Below, one piece after another: positions 42,062 through 53,103 of a stretch of 64,000 nucleotides of DNA. Source of the stretch: a bacterium (lineage in GTDB: Bacteria; Omnitrophota; Gorgyraeia; Zapsychrales; Zapsychraceae); NCBI GenBank assembly GCA_030429765.1, contig JAUIER010000003.1, positions 80,402 to 144,401 of the forward strand, read 5' to 3'. Both the position numbers and the translations under genes were made by a program. Within the stretch, counting starts at the first letter, position 1. Each line of letters starts with the position of its first letter. The notes under the pieces were generated by a model, which did not search any database, was not told the DNA's origin, and saw only the letters and a list, made by a program, of their open reading frames with translations.

Positions 42062-42118
42062 GATGTCCGACGACTTGAGAAACCCTATTTTTACTTGTCA
42101 AACCGGATTTTATAAGTT

Positions 42119-42964
42119 ATGCTTAAGACTAAGAACAACGTAAATAACGCCGCAATTAAATTATTTACTCTTCTGTTTGTCATTTCCATTATTACCTTTC
42201 ATTCGGATTCATTAGCCGGTTCCAAAAAGAAATTGTACCAGGAGTACCGTAATGCCGGCTATGCAGAGCAGAAAAAAGGTAATTACATAGATGCTTTAAC
42301 GTATTTTTCCAAAGCTGTTTCGCTGTATGAGGATGACCCGAAAGTGCTCAATGACATGGGCGTCATTTATGAGCAGATCGGGATGCTGAGCAAGGCCGAA
42401 CTTCACTATTCCAAGGCCATCAACAAGGATCCCAATTATCTGCCGTCTTACAGCAACCTGGCTTTGATGTATCTGAACAATGGATATCCGGACAAGGCAT
42501 TTCCATACTTTAAAAAACGATTTCTTCTAGCCAAGCCCGGCGACGCATGGGGTGAAAAGGCCAAAGAAGAATTGCTGAAAATCAGGCCCGAGTTTCATTC
42601 CTGGGTTGTACAGCTTGAAGCGGAACGTTTGAACGAACTGATAGTTAAGCGAAATCGGGACAAATTTATTGAGACGGTAAAGCGCGCGAATGAACATTAC
42701 GAAAAGGGAGTCAAGCACGCCCGGCGTCAGAAGCTCCGCATTGCTTTGAATGAATTCGATCAGGCATTGAAGTTAACTCCGGACAATCCGAAGATAGTCA
42801 ATGCCCGTAAGGAAATCATCAAGCAAATGACTAATGAACAGATCAAACAGCGGACAGACACGGCCATCAGACAGCTCAACGCGGGGGATACGCGGGCGGC
42901 CAGGCGTGAACTTCAAAAAATGCTTTCCAATTTTCCTGACGATTCGTTACTGAATTCAAAGTAA
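42119..42964 (+). CDS. Secreted tetratricopeptide-repeat protein
   Basis: Signal peptide; TPR units (...AEQKKGNYIDALTYFSKAV..., ...AELHYSKAINKDPNY...). Confidence 0.7.
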   Translation: MLKTKNNVNNAAIKLFTLLFVISIITFHSDSLAGSKKKLYQEYRNAGYAEQKKGNYIDALTYFSKAVSLYEDDPKVLNDMGVIYEQIGMLSKAELHYSKAINKDPNYLPSYSNLALMYLNNGYPDKAFPYFKKRFLLAKPGDAWGEKAKEELLKIRPEFHSWVVQLEAERLNELIVKRNRDKFIETVKRANEHYEKGVKHARRQKLRIALNEFDQALKLTPDNPKIVNARKEIIKQMTNEQIKQRTDTAIRQLNAGDTRAARRELQKMLSNFPDDSLLNSK

Positions 42965-43036
42965 AAAAGTCTTATGAGATTTCCGTCATAGCGGCGCAGG
43001 AATTCATCAATTCAAAAAATTTATCAAAGCAGATTA

Positions 43037-45592
43037 ATGGACAAATTGTTTCTCATCGACGGGCATGCATTGTGTTATCGGTCCTTCTACGCGATCCGTG
43101 AGCTCATTGCCAGTAACGGACAGGCCACAAACGCCGTATTCGGATTTGTGAACACCATGCGAAAGATATTTCGCGAATTTGATCCCAAATATATGGCCGT
43201 CTGTTTTGATTCCAAGGAAAAGACATTCCGCGCCGAGAAGTTTGCTGATTACAAGATCCAGCGTCCGAAAATGCCCGAACAGTTGATCAGTCAGATCCCG
43301 ATCATCAAAGAAGTTATTCAGGCGTACAACATACCGATTTTTGAAGTGCCCGGATATGAGGCTGACGATATTATCGCGACGCTCAATCGAAAGGCCAATG
43401 ATCAGAAGATTGATGTCACGATCGTGACCGAAGACAAGGATATGTTTCAATTAAGCGGCGCCAAGACGAGCTTTTTCAGCGCGCGTAAAGACGCCGTGCT
43501 GGAATATAAGGATGTCGAAACGAAATTGGGATTTGAACCGATACGGATTATTGATTTTATCGCGTTGGCCGGAGACAAGGCTGACAACATTCCCGGTGTC
43601 GCCGGTGTCGGCGAAGTGACGGCCAGAAAACTGATCGACGCCTATGGCGATCTCGAGGGAATTTATGCGAATGTCGAACAGATTGACAAGGTTAAGGTAA
43701 AGGAAAAATTAATGGCGCAAAAGGATATCGCGTTTTTGAGCAAGGAACTGGCTATTCTGGATATGGATGTTCCGGTGGAGCTTGACCTGGAGTCGCTGAA
43801 GGTCAGCGATCCCGACGGAGATAAGCTTTATGATCTGTTCAAGGAACTCGAGTTTAAACGCTTTGCTGAAGAGTATGCCGATGGTCAGGCCGAGGAGCAT
43901 GTCATCACGCTCAAAACGGTTACTGACCGCAAAGGACTGAAAGATGTGACCCAGGCGATCCGAAAAGCCGGACGATTGGCCTATCTCGTGAGCCGGTCGG
44001 AGGACACCTTGTTCGAGGAATTCTATGTGGCCACGGGCGAGGCAACGGTATGGACGATGCCGGTGGACATGATCGATGGTCTCAAAGAACTCTTCGCCGA
44101 CCCGTCATTGGTCAAGATCACCCACAACTGTAAAGAGATGTTCAAATTTCTCGACCGTCACGCGATCACGACGGAGGGAGAGACATTTGATGTGTTGCTT
44201 GCCGGTTATCTGCTCACGCCTAACACCAACTCATACGATCCCAAGGAACTGGCCTGGAATTTTTTCAAGATCTCGTTAAACGATGAGAATTTACGCGCCA
44301 AAGAAACGGATATCGTTTTCAAACTATACGACAAACTTCAACGACAGCTCGAAGAAAAAAAGCTCAAGGATTTGTATGAAAAGATCGAACGTCCGCTGTC
44401 GTACGTGCTTTACAAAATGGAAACACAGGGCGTATGTTTGGATGAGGCCTTCCTGAAACAGATGAGCCGCGATTGTCAGGCCAAAATCGAAGAAATATCC
44501 AAACGTCTGTACGAGATGGCCGGTGAGGAGTTTAATCTGAATTCACCCAAACAATTAGGCAAGATCTTATTTGAGCGGCTGGAATTACCGGTGCAGAAGA
44601 AGACCAAGACCGGTTACTCAACGGATGAAGGCGTGCTGACCAAGTTGAGCGAAATGCATGAATTTCCGTCGATGATTCTCGAATACCGTCAGCTGGCCAA
44701 GCTTAAGTCAACATACATTGACGCGCTGCCCAAACTTGTCGATCCCAAAACGCACCGGATTCACGCGGAGTTCAATCAAATCGGCGCGGAGACCGGCCGG
44801 TTGAGCTCCCGTCATCCCAATCTTCAGAATATCCCGATTCGTACCGAGTTGGGGCGTCAGGTACGTAAGGCCATCATTCCATCAGCCAATATGACTATGC
44901 TCGCCGCTGACTATTCACAGATTGAGCTGCGTATTCTCGCGCATCTATCCAAAGATAAAGCCTTAACCGAGGCATTTAACAATGACGAGGACATTCACAA
45001 TTATACCGCGTCGCTGATATTTGATGTCGAACAGAAAGACGTGGATTATCACATGCGGGATACCGCGAAACGTGTGAATTTCGGGATTGTCTACGGCATG
45101 AGCGGATTTGGCCTGGCCAAAGATCTGGGGATTTCCCAGAAAGAGGCACAGGCCTTCATCGATCGTTATTTCGAGCGCTATCCGGGAGTGAAGACTTTTA
45201 TGGATGAGCAGATTGATTTTTGTCAGACCAATGGCTACGTCCTGACGCTGTTTGACCGACGACGTTACATTCCGGAGATCAACAGTAAGAACAACGGCAT
45301 CCGTCAGTTTGCCCAGCGCCAGGCGATCAACACGCCGGTGCAGGGTTCAGCGGCCGATCTGATGAAGATGGCCATGATCGATGTACAGTCGGAACTGGAA
45401 GCCAAGAAATACAAGTCACGTATGCTCATCACGGTTCACGATGAGCTGGTTTTTGAAGTCGATGCCAAGGAGAAATCAAAACTGCCGACGAGAGTCAAAC
45501 AGATTATGGAACAGACGGTTGATCTGAGTATTCCGATCAAAGTCGATGTCAAGGTGGGCAATAATTGGCTTGAAATGGAGCGCCTTAAATGA
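43037..45592 (+). CDS. polA: DNA polymerase I (5'-3' exonuclease + polymerase; 3'-5' exonuclease motifs degenerate)
   Basis: N-terminal ...LIDGHALCYRSFYA...; polymerase motifs ...RRYIPEINS..., ...QGSAADLMK..., ...VHDELVFE... Exo I region reads ...YLVSRSEDT... rather than DxE. Confidence 0.9.
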   Translation: MDKLFLIDGHALCYRSFYAIRELIASNGQATNAVFGFVNTMRKIFREFDPKYMAVCFDSKEKTFRAEKFADYKIQRPKMPEQLISQIPIIKEVIQAYNIPIFEVPGYEADDIIATLNRKANDQKIDVTIVTEDKDMFQLSGAKTSFFSARKDAVLEYKDVETKLGFEPIRIIDFIALAGDKADNIPGVAGVGEVTARKLIDAYGDLEGIYANVEQIDKVKVKEKLMAQKDIAFLSKELAILDMDVPVELDLESLKVSDPDGDKLYDLFKELEFKRFAEEYADGQAEEHVITLKTVTDRKGLKDVTQAIRKAGRLAYLVSRSEDTLFEEFYVATGEATVWTMPVDMIDGLKELFADPSLVKITHNCKEMFKFLDRHAITTEGETFDVLLAGYLLTPNTNSYDPKELAWNFFKISLNDENLRAKETDIVFKLYDKLQRQLEEKKLKDLYEKIERPLSYVLYKMETQGVCLDEAFLKQMSRDCQAKIEEISKRLYEMAGEEFNLNSPKQLGKILFERLELPVQKKTKTGYSTDEGVLTKLSEMHEFPSMILEYRQLAKLKSTYIDALPKLVDPKTHRIHAEFNQIGAETGRLSSRHPNLQNIPIRTELGRQVRKAIIPSANMTMLAADYSQIELRILAHLSKDKALTEAFNNDEDIHNYTASLIFDVEQKDVDYHMRDTAKRVNFGIVYGMSGFGLAKDLGISQKEAQAFIDRYFERYPGVKTFMDEQIDFCQTNGYVLTLFDRRRYIPEINSKNNGIRQFAQRQAINTPVQGSAADLMKMAMIDVQSELEAKKYKSRMLITVHDELVFEVDAKEKSKLPTRVKQIMEQTVDLSIPIKVDVKVGNNWLEMERLK

Positions 45593-46998
45593 TGAAGGTG
45601 TTGTTTTGTGCGTCAGAGGTTTTTCCATTTGCCAAGACGGGCGGACTGGCCGACGTTAGCGGATCCTTGCCGCCTGAGCTGGCCAAGCAGGATGTACAGA
45701 TCAAGGTGGTGATGCCGCGATATCGCACGGTTAGCGACGAGGAGTTTGAGATCGAGGAAATCAACAATCAGTTCTCCCGTGCGAAGTTGTCGGATAACGT
45801 CACGATCTACTTTGTTGAGCAGCCGGAGTATTTTGACCGGGACGGATTGTACGGCGACGAACAGGGCGATTACACGGATAATCTCGCCCGTTATCGATTT
45901 TTTTGTCAGCGCGTCTTCAAGTTGATGAAGACATTGGATTGGCAGGCCGATATCATCCATTGCCATGACTGGCATACGGCGCTGATCCCGGTCCTGCTGA
46001 AAAACAAGTATCATGACGATCCGTTTTTTCAGGGTGTGCGGACGGTATTGACCGTCCATAACCTGGCGTTTCAGGGATTGTTTGCGCTGGAAGAATATCC
46101 GCAGCTGGATCTGCCGGATACGTTGTTGTCGGACGAGGGATTTTTGTTTTATGAAAAGGTCAACCTGTTGAAGGCGGGGATTTTGTCGGCGGATGCCATC
46201 ACAACGGTATCACCGCAGTATGCCCGAGAGATTCAAACCCCGCAACACGGATGCGGTCTGGAGAAAGAGCTGGAGCGACGAGGTGTGACAGGCATTCTCA
46301 ACGGATTAGATTACACTTACTGGAATCCCGAGGCGGATCCGTATCTGATCAAGTCATACAACACTCAAACGCGGTTGGAAGGAAAGCTTGAAAACAAGAT
46401 CGGATTGATGAAGAGTGTCGGGCTGAAGATGGATATCGATCGGCCGCTATACGGTTTCGTCGGTCGTATCTCGCATCAGAAAGGGATGGAGTTGATTATC
46501 GAGGCGATCAAAACGTTGAAGAGCGATGATCTGGCTATGGTGATACAAGGGCAGGGAGATCCGGACTACCAGGAACAGCTTCAGATTTTGTCGGACGATG
46601 CCAATCAGAATCTGTCGGTGATCTTCGACTACGATGAGCGGCTGGCCCATATGATTTACGCGGGAAGTGATTGGTTTATGATGCCGTCGCAATTTGAACC
46701 ATGCGGGCTGACGCAGATGATCAGCATGCGTTACGGCACGCCGCCGATTGTGTTTCGAACCGGCGGGCTCGCCGATACCGTGGAGCCGTTTAGTGCAGAC
46801 ACCCATCGCGGCAACGGGTTGATGTACGCGGAGAATTCGGCTGAGGCATTGGTGGAAGAGATCCGCCGGGCGGCCAAGATTTTCGGGAACAAAAAAGATT
46901 ATTATCAAGTCGCGGCCAACGCGATGGAAACACGGTTTCCATGGACCGAGTCGGCCGCGCAGTACAAACAGCTTTACGAATGCTTATTATCGGATTAA
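45589..46998 (+). CDS. glgA: Glycogen synthase (ADP-glucose type, GT5)
   Basis: MMKVLFCASEVFPFAKTGGLADVSGSLP... and ...VGRISHQKG... Overlaps the polA stop. Confidence 0.88.
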   Translation: MMKVLFCASEVFPFAKTGGLADVSGSLPPELAKQDVQIKVVMPRYRTVSDEEFEIEEINNQFSRAKLSDNVTIYFVEQPEYFDRDGLYGDEQGDYTDNLARYRFFCQRVFKLMKTLDWQADIIHCHDWHTALIPVLLKNKYHDDPFFQGVRTVLTVHNLAFQGLFALEEYPQLDLPDTLLSDEGFLFYEKVNLLKAGILSADAITTVSPQYAREIQTPQHGCGLEKELERRGVTGILNGLDYTYWNPEADPYLIKSYNTQTRLEGKLENKIGLMKSVGLKMDIDRPLYGFVGRISHQKGMELIIEAIKTLKSDDLAMVIQGQGDPDYQEQLQILSDDANQNLSVIFDYDERLAHMIYAGSDWFMMPSQFEPCGLTQMISMRYGTPPIVFRTGGLADTVEPFSADTHRGNGLMYAENSAEALVEEIRRAAKIFGNKKDYYQVAANAMETRFPWTESAAQYKQLYECLLSD

Positions 46999-47588
46999 CC
47001 GGCGGCCTCAAGACGGGTAAGACCACCGTGGCCAAAATGTTTCGTCGGCTCGGCGCTCATGTGATTGACGCCGACGCGATCGTGCATGAAAGTTTATCCG
47101 TGAACGGGGCATGCGTCAAAGCCGTCAAAGCTCAATTCGGGGAACGGGTCTTAACGAGGGGAGGCTCAGTTAACCGCAAGGCCCTGGCCGAGATCGTCTT
47201 TCAGGATGACTCACGCCTGCGCGACCTTGAAAAAATTATCCATCCTCATGTGCGTCGCGTGATGCGCGCGCAAATATCCGAATACAAACGGACGGATCCC
47301 GACGGGGTGATTGTTTTAGATGTTCCGCTCTTGTTTGAGTCGGGGCTCGACAAACTGGCTGACATCACCGTCACCGTTAAGGCCACAAGGGCCCTGCAGG
47401 TCGAACGGGCCATGCGGGACTTGGGGATCAGTCAGGCACAAGCATTAAAACGAATCCGGCAGCAGATGCCGATGACAGAAAAAGTCAGACGATCTGACGT
47501 CGTGATTGACAATAGATCTAGTAAATCAGAAACTCAAAAAAAGGTAAAACAAATATGGCAAAAACACCTACCAAATCCAAAGCAGTAA
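46980..47588 (+). CDS. coaE: Dephospho-CoA kinase
   Basis: [34 protein letters not shown]... The ATG at 46980 is chosen over the ORF-track start at 46941. It overlaps the glgA end. Confidence 0.82.
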   Translation: MLIIGLTGGLKTGKTTVAKMFRRLGAHVIDADAIVHESLSVNGACVKAVKAQFGERVLTRGGSVNRKALAEIVFQDDSRLRDLEKIIHPHVRRVMRAQISEYKRTDPDGVIVLDVPLLFESGLDKLADITVTVKATRALQVERAMRDLGISQAQALKRIRQQMPMTEKVRRSDVVIDNRSSKSETQKKVKQIWQKHLPNPKQ

Positions 47589-48949
47589 AATCCAAGTCAA
47601 AAGAGACATCGAAAACCACCGCGGCCAAAAGCAAAAGCTCGGCGGAGAAAAAGGCGGATAAGCCCAAAGAGGCCAACGGCGCCAACGGGACGGATTCGAT
47701 TGATATCACCAGTTTGAAAGAAATGAAGATGACCGAGCTGAACAATTACGCCAAAGATCTGGGGATCACCGGAGTCAGCGGTCTTAAGAAGCAGGACTTG
47801 ATCTTCAAGGTCCTGCAGGCGCAGGCGGAACGTGAAGGTCAGATGTTCGGCGGCGGCACGCTTGAAATTCTATCAGAAGGATTTGGTTTTCTACGCAGTT
47901 CCAATTACAACTACTTACCGTGTCCGGATGACATTTATATCTCTCCGTCGCAGATCCGTCGTTTTGATCTGAAAACCGGCGACAGTGTCAGCGGACACAT
48001 CCGGCCGCCCAAAGAGGGTGAGAAGTATTTCGCGTTGCTTAAAGTGGAAGCCGTGAACTTTGAAAACCCGGAAAAATGCAAAGACAAAATATTTTTTGAC
48101 AACTTAACGCCGCTATATCCGAAAGATCGCATCCTGCTTGAAACCGAGCAGAAAGAATTGTCGACGAGGATTATGGACATGCTGACACCGTTGGGTAAAG
48201 GTCAGCGGGCGCTGATCGTGGCTCCGCCTTTCAGTGGTAAGACGGTTCTCCTGCAGAAAGTGGCCAACTCCATCATGCAGAATCAGCCGGATGTCATCCT
48301 GATGGTGCTGTTAATCGATGAGCGTCCCGAAGAGGTGACGGATATGCAGCGTAACGTCAAGGGCGAGGTCATCGCTTCAACATTTGATGAGCCGGCCGAA
48401 CGTCACGTACAGGTGGCGGAGATGGTCCTGGAAAAAGCCAAGCGTTTGGTGGAGCATCAACGTGATGTCATTATTCTCTTGGACAGTATCACCCGATTAG
48501 CGCGCGCCTATAATACGGTTGTGCCACATAGTGGAAAGATTCTCTCCGGTGGGGTTGACTCCAACGCGCTTCACAAGCCAAAGCGATTCTTTGGGGCCGC
48601 CCGGGCGGTTGAAGAAGGCGGCAGTCTGACCGTTATCGCGACGGCCCTGGTTGAAACAGGCAGCCGTATGGATGAAGTCATCTTCGAGGAATTCAAGGGG
48701 ACGGGTAACATGGAGCTGCAGCTTGACCGGAATCTGTTCCAGCGCCGTATCTATCCGGCGATCGATATCAAGCGTTCCAACACGCGTCATGAAGAGTATC
48801 TGATCCCGGATGACGATCTGCAGCGCATCTGGCTGCTGCGCAAGGCCATCAATGATCTCAATTCAGCCGAGGCGATGGAGCTGTTGATCGACCGTATCGG
48901 AAAGTACAAATCAAACAGGGAATTTCTGGATAATCTGAATAATATGTAG
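47555..48949 (+). CDS. rho: Transcription termination factor Rho with a Lys-rich N-terminal extension
   Basis: ...[18 protein letters not shown]... (N-terminal domain); ...[15 protein letters not shown]... Walker A; about 50 aa K/A/S-rich leader. Confidence 0.92.
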   Translation: MAKTPTKSKAVKSKSKETSKTTAAKSKSSAEKKADKPKEANGANGTDSIDITSLKEMKMTELNNYAKDLGITGVSGLKKQDLIFKVLQAQAEREGQMFGGGTLEILSEGFGFLRSSNYNYLPCPDDIYISPSQIRRFDLKTGDSVSGHIRPPKEGEKYFALLKVEAVNFENPEKCKDKIFFDNLTPLYPKDRILLETEQKELSTRIMDMLTPLGKGQRALIVAPPFSGKTVLLQKVANSIMQNQPDVILMVLLIDERPEEVTDMQRNVKGEVIASTFDEPAERHVQVAEMVLEKAKRLVEHQRDVIILLDSITRLARAYNTVVPHSGKILSGGVDSNALHKPKRFFGAARAVEEGGSLTVIATALVETGSRMDEVIFEEFKGTGNMELQLDRNLFQRRIYPAIDIKRSNTRHEEYLIPDDDLQRIWLLRKAINDLNSAEAMELLIDRIGKYKSNREFLDNLNNM

Positions 48950-49010
48950 TCGAGATTCATAAGGCATTCGATACCAGTCATTTACGCTTTAAATTGCTGT
49001 TTGTAATAAA

Positions 49011-49038
49011 TTGTACTATTTGAGATTTGTGCTATAAT
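49011..49038 (+). promoter_or_regulatory. Candidate sigma70 promoter for rpmE
   Basis: TTGTAC, then 16 nt, then TGcTATAAT (extended -10), about 55 nt upstream of the rpmE ATG in the AT-rich rho-rpmE spacer. Confidence 0.45.
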
Positions 49039-49093
49039 TGACAGTCTTAACGACAGGAGTTTAACTAAGGTGTATTCATAACCGAGGAGTAAT

Positions 49094-49297
49094 TTGATGA
49101 AAGCTGACATTCATCCTGAATATGTTGAAACGACGATTAATTGTGTTTGCGGGGCCTCGATTAAAACACGTTCCACGGTACAAAATATCCGTGTAGAGAT
49201 TTGTTCGAAGTGTCATCCATTTTTCACTGGTGAGAAGAAATTCGTTGATACCACCGGTCGAATCGAACGCTTTAAGAATCGTTACAAGAAAAATTAA
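49094..49297 (+). CDS. rpmE: 50S ribosomal protein L31
   Basis: [28 protein letters not shown]...[10 protein letters not shown]... Confidence 0.92.
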   Translation: MMKADIHPEYVETTINCVCGASIKTRSTVQNIRVEICSKCHPFFTGEKKFVDTTGRIERFKNRYKKN

Positions 49298-49309
49298 GAA
49301 TTTCCTTAT

Positions 49310-49329
49310 GGGCCGCATTATTGCGGCCC
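49310..49329 (+). terminator. GC-rich hairpin downstream of rpmE (possible partial terminator/attenuator; no U-tract)
   Basis: GGGCCGCA-ttat-TGCGGCCC, a perfect 8-bp stem. Confidence 0.3.
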
Positions 49330-49345
49330 AAAGTGTGTATAGACC

Positions 49346-50410
49346 ATGAAGCTAGAGAAATACGAGAAACTACAGGAGCGTTTTAAAGAGCTTGAGGGTC
49401 TGCTTGCCGATCAGAATATCATCTCCGATCAAAGTCAATATCAAAAGCTAGCCAAAGAATATTCCGACATCACGCCGGTGGTCAACCTGTTCGGCGAGTA
49501 TCAGGATGTCGTGCATCAAATTGATGATTTGAAGAAGCTGCTGTCTGAAAAGCCCGACAAGGAATTTGTCGAGTTGGCCGAGGCCGAGCTGTCTGAGCTT
49601 AACGAGAAGGTCGGTCAGCTGGAAGAGGAGCTGGACGATCTCACCAATCCCAAAAAGCAGGGGCAGAATCGCAATCTGATCTTCGAGATCCGGGCGGGGA
49701 CCGGCGGTGAGGAGGCAAGCCTGTTTGCCTCGGATCTGTTCCGGATGTACTCCAAATATTGCGACAAGAAAGGCTGGGTCCTCGAACCGATCAACTCCAA
49801 TCCGTCTGAAACCGGCGGGTTCAAGGAAATTATTTTCAGTATCAGTGGCGACGGCGCGGAAAAACATTTAAAATGGGAAAGTGGCGCGCACCGGGTTCAG
49901 CGTGTTCCCGCCACCGAGGCGTCCGGGCGGATCCACACTTCTGCCGCGACGGTCGCGGTGCTGTTTGAGGCCGAAGACGTTGAGCTTGAGATCGATCCCA
50001 ATGATTTGAAAATAGATATCTTTCGTTCGTCGGGCCCGGGCGGTCAGAGTGTGAATACCACTGATTCGGCGGTTCGCATCACTCATTTACCGACGAATAC
50101 GGTTGTCATCTGTCAGGACGAACGCTCACAGCTAAAAAACAAATATAAGGCGATGCGGGTTTTGAAGGCGCGGATCCTCGACAAGATGAAACGGGACAGC
50201 ATGGAGCAGGAATCGGCCGACCGCAAGCTCAAGGTCGGCAGCGGCGACCGCAGCGAGAAGATCCGCACATATAATTTTCCGGACCGGCGCGTCACCGATC
50301 ATCGCATCGGGTTTACGTCCCACAAACTGCAGTATATCCTGGACGGTGATATGGACGAATTAACCGAGGCCCTGATTCAGGCCGAGCATGAGGACAATCT
50401 CAATGAATGA
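49346..50410 (+). CDS. prfA: Peptide chain release factor 1
   Basis: ...RVPATEASGRIHTS... (PxT = PAT, RF1-type) and ...SSGPGGQSVNTTDSAVRITHLPT... (GGQ). Confidence 0.92.
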   Translation: MKLEKYEKLQERFKELEGLLADQNIISDQSQYQKLAKEYSDITPVVNLFGEYQDVVHQIDDLKKLLSEKPDKEFVELAEAELSELNEKVGQLEEELDDLTNPKKQGQNRNLIFEIRAGTGGEEASLFASDLFRMYSKYCDKKGWVLEPINSNPSETGGFKEIIFSISGDGAEKHLKWESGAHRVQRVPATEASGRIHTSAATVAVLFEAEDVELEIDPNDLKIDIFRSSGPGGQSVNTTDSAVRITHLPTNTVVICQDERSQLKNKYKAMRVLKARILDKMKRDSMEQESADRKLKVGSGDRSEKIRTYNFPDRRVTDHRIGFTSHKLQYILDGDMDELTEALIQAEHEDNLNE

Positions 50411-51221
50411 ACGTGAACAAATGCTGACCTCCGTACTGAATTGCCGGCGCGTTGATCTGTATGTGGATCGCAAGGAATTGAACCCGGTCCAGCAGAAACA
50501 ATATCGTCAGATGCTCGACCGCCGCGCTCAAGGCGAACCGCTGCAGTACATCATCGGTCATTGTGAATTTCTGAACACCAAATTATTTGTCAACAAACAT
50601 GTGTTGATCCCGCGGCCGGAAACAGAATTACTCGTCGAGATGGCGGTTGAAAAGGCGCGGATGATGCCGAACCGACCGGTACGGATCCTGGATCTGGGGA
50701 CCGGGTCCGGTAATATCGCGATCGCGTTGGCCAAACGGGTGCATGATTGTCATGTTGTCTCAGTCGATATTTCCCGCGAGGCGATCATGGTGGCCACGGA
50801 GAATGCCCGCAAAAATTTTGTGGCGGACAAGACCACCTTTGTATGGTGCGATATGTTCCGCTTTTTATCTATCGACGAGGAATTGGGCCGCAAATTTGAT
50901 ATGATTATTTCCAACCCGCCGTACATCAAGGCGGGGGATATTGACAATCTGCCGAATGACGTTCAGCGTGAACCGCACATCGCGCTCAACGGCGGACAGG
51001 ACGGATTGATGTTTTACCGCGAGATTCTAAAACGCGCGCATCATTTTTTACGCGAGGAAGGGTGTATTTTATTTGAGATTGGTGAGGATCAGGCGCAGGA
51101 TATTACGCAAATATTTGAGCAGTACCCGTATTTCCGGAACACCTTTGTGTTCAGGGATTACGCGGACCGCGACCGCTTTATGTGTTCCCAGCTCTCGGCA
51201 TTGAGCGCTGTCGTCAACTAA
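50388..51221 (+). CDS. prmC: Release-factor glutamine N5-methyltransferase
   Basis: ...ILDLGTGSGNIAIALA... (motif I) and ...IISNPPYI... (NPPY). Start may be the ATG at 50406 (MNEREQML). Overlaps the prfA end. Confidence 0.85.
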   Translation: MRTISMNEREQMLTSVLNCRRVDLYVDRKELNPVQQKQYRQMLDRRAQGEPLQYIIGHCEFLNTKLFVNKHVLIPRPETELLVEMAVEKARMMPNRPVRILDLGTGSGNIAIALAKRVHDCHVVSVDISREAIMVATENARKNFVADKTTFVWCDMFRFLSIDEELGRKFDMIISNPPYIKAGDIDNLPNDVQREPHIALNGGQDGLMFYREILKRAHHFLREEGCILFEIGEDQAQDITQIFEQYPYFRNTFVFRDYADRDRFMCSQLSALSAVVN

Positions 51222-51243
51222 CCGTTACGATCACACATCATTC

Positions 51244-52506
51244 ATGGAAAAACTCGTTATTGAAGGCGGACTCCCGCTTTCCGGTGAAGTCAAAATCAGT
51301 GGATCAAAGAACGCCGCGCTGCCGATTCTCGCAGCCAGTCTTTTGACCGACGAACCCGTCATCCTCCGTAATGTCCCGATTCTGCGCGATACGACGACGA
51401 TGATCAAGCTGCTCAAGTCATTGGGTAAGATCGTTGAGATCGACGGAGACCGCGTCAAGATCACCAGCAACGGCAAGACACGTCACGTGGCGGAATACAA
51501 ACTGGTTTCGACGATGCGCGGTTCGTTTTGTGTACTCGGACCGTTGTTGGCCAAGCTCGGCAAGGCCAAGGTGTCATTGCCCGGCGGGTGTGTGATTGGA
51601 ATCCGTCCGGTCGATCTTCACCTTAAAGGAATAAAGGCGTTGGGCGCCAAGATTCAGATCGACGGCGGATATGTGATTTCCCGCGCCAAGAAGCTCAAGG
51701 GAACGCATATCTATCTCGGCGGAGTGTTTGGATCGTCCGTACTCGCGACGGCGAATGTGCTGATGGCGGCGGTGCTGGCGGAAGGCGAGACCGTGATCGA
51801 GTCGGCGGCGTGTGAACCCGAGATTGAAGATTTGAGCAATATGCTCAGGGCCATGGGCGCGCGTATTCGCGGCGTGGGCTCGCCGCGCTTGACGATTACC
51901 GGCGTAAAACGTTTACGCGGTGTTTCTTATCGCGTCATTCCTGATCGTATTGAAGCGGGAACTTATATTTTGATTGGAGCCGCAACGCGCAGCGATATCA
52001 AACTGCGCGGCGCAGATATCACCCATTTAATGGCGCTGACGGACAAGCTCAAGGAAGTCGGGGTCAAGGTCACGGCCAAGCGCGATGTCGTGAAGGTCAA
52101 ATGTAAAAAGAATTACAACCCGGTGAGTATCACGACGTATCCGTATCCGGGATTTCCGACGGATCTGCAGGCGCAGTTTATGGCGTTGATGACGATTGTC
52201 GAAGGCGTGAGCGTGATCACGGATAAAGTTTATCCGGACCGCTTTATTCACATCGCGGAATTGAATCGCATGGGCGCTAACATCCGCCGCGAAGGGATCA
52301 ACGCGATTGTGCAGGGAGTCAAAAAACTCAAAGGCGCGCAGGTGATGGCGTCGGATCTGCGGGCCTCGGCGGCGCTGGTAATCGCGGGCTTAGCGGCCAA
52401 AGGCCGGACCGAGATTCATCGGATTTACCATTTGGAACGGGGTTACGAATTATTGGATAAGAAATTGACGGCGTTGGGCGCGAAGGTTTGGCGGGAACGG
52501 GAATAG
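51244..52506 (+). CDS. murA: UDP-N-acetylglucosamine 1-carboxyvinyltransferase
   Basis: MEKLVIEGGLPLSGEVKISGSKNAALPILAASLL...LPGGCVIGIRPVDLH... Confidence 0.92.
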   Translation: MEKLVIEGGLPLSGEVKISGSKNAALPILAASLLTDEPVILRNVPILRDTTTMIKLLKSLGKIVEIDGDRVKITSNGKTRHVAEYKLVSTMRGSFCVLGPLLAKLGKAKVSLPGGCVIGIRPVDLHLKGIKALGAKIQIDGGYVISRAKKLKGTHIYLGGVFGSSVLATANVLMAAVLAEGETVIESAACEPEIEDLSNMLRAMGARIRGVGSPRLTITGVKRLRGVSYRVIPDRIEAGTYILIGAATRSDIKLRGADITHLMALTDKLKEVGVKVTAKRDVVKVKCKKNYNPVSITTYPYPGFPTDLQAQFMALMTIVEGVSVITDKVYPDRFIHIAELNRMGANIRREGINAIVQGVKKLKGAQVMASDLRASAALVIAGLAAKGRTEIHRIYHLERGYELLDKKLTALGAKVWRERE

Positions 52507-52527
52507 CGACGAGATAGTGGAGCGCAT

Positions 52528-53091
52528 ATGATCTTAATGATAGACAACTACGATTCATTCACCTACAACCTGGTGCAGTATTTCGGTGAGCTGGGCGCGA
52601 ATCTCAAGGTGTACCGTAATGATATGATTTCGATTGAGGACATCCGCCGGATGCGGCCCAAAAAGATTGTGGTGTCGCCCGGGCCGAGTAATCCGGACCA
52701 TGCCGGGATTTCATTGGACGTCATCGACACGTTTAAAGGCAAGATTCCGATCCTCGGGGTATGTCTCGGACATCAATGTATGGGGCAGGCCTTCGGCGGC
52801 AAGATCATCCGGGCCAAAAAATTGATGCACGGTAAAACTTCAAAAATTAAACACGACGGCCAAGATTTATTCAAAGGCCTGGACAATCCGTTTGAAGCCA
52901 CGCGGTACCATTCGCTGGTGATCGAGCGCAAAAGCTGTCCCAAGTGTTTTGAGATTACGGCCTCGAGTGAAGACGGTGAGATTATGGGGATCCGTCATAA
53001 AGACTATCCGATGTGGGGCGTACAGTTTCATCCCGAGTCGATTTTGACCAAGGCGGGCAAACCGCTCTTGGGTAATTTTCTCAAACTATAG
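52528..53091 (+). CDS. trpG: Anthranilate/aminodeoxychorismate synthase glutamine-amidotransferase component
   Basis: MILMIDNYDSFTYNLVQYFGELG...ILGVCLGHQCMGQAFGG... Confidence 0.85.
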   Translation: MILMIDNYDSFTYNLVQYFGELGANLKVYRNDMISIEDIRRMRPKKIVVSPGPSNPDHAGISLDVIDTFKGKIPILGVCLGHQCMGQAFGGKIIRAKKLMHGKTSKIKHDGQDLFKGLDNPFEATRYHSLVIERKSCPKCFEITASSEDGEIMGIRHKDYPMWGVQFHPESILTKAGKPLLGNFLKL

Positions 53092-53103
53092 GATGGGATC
53101 CAA

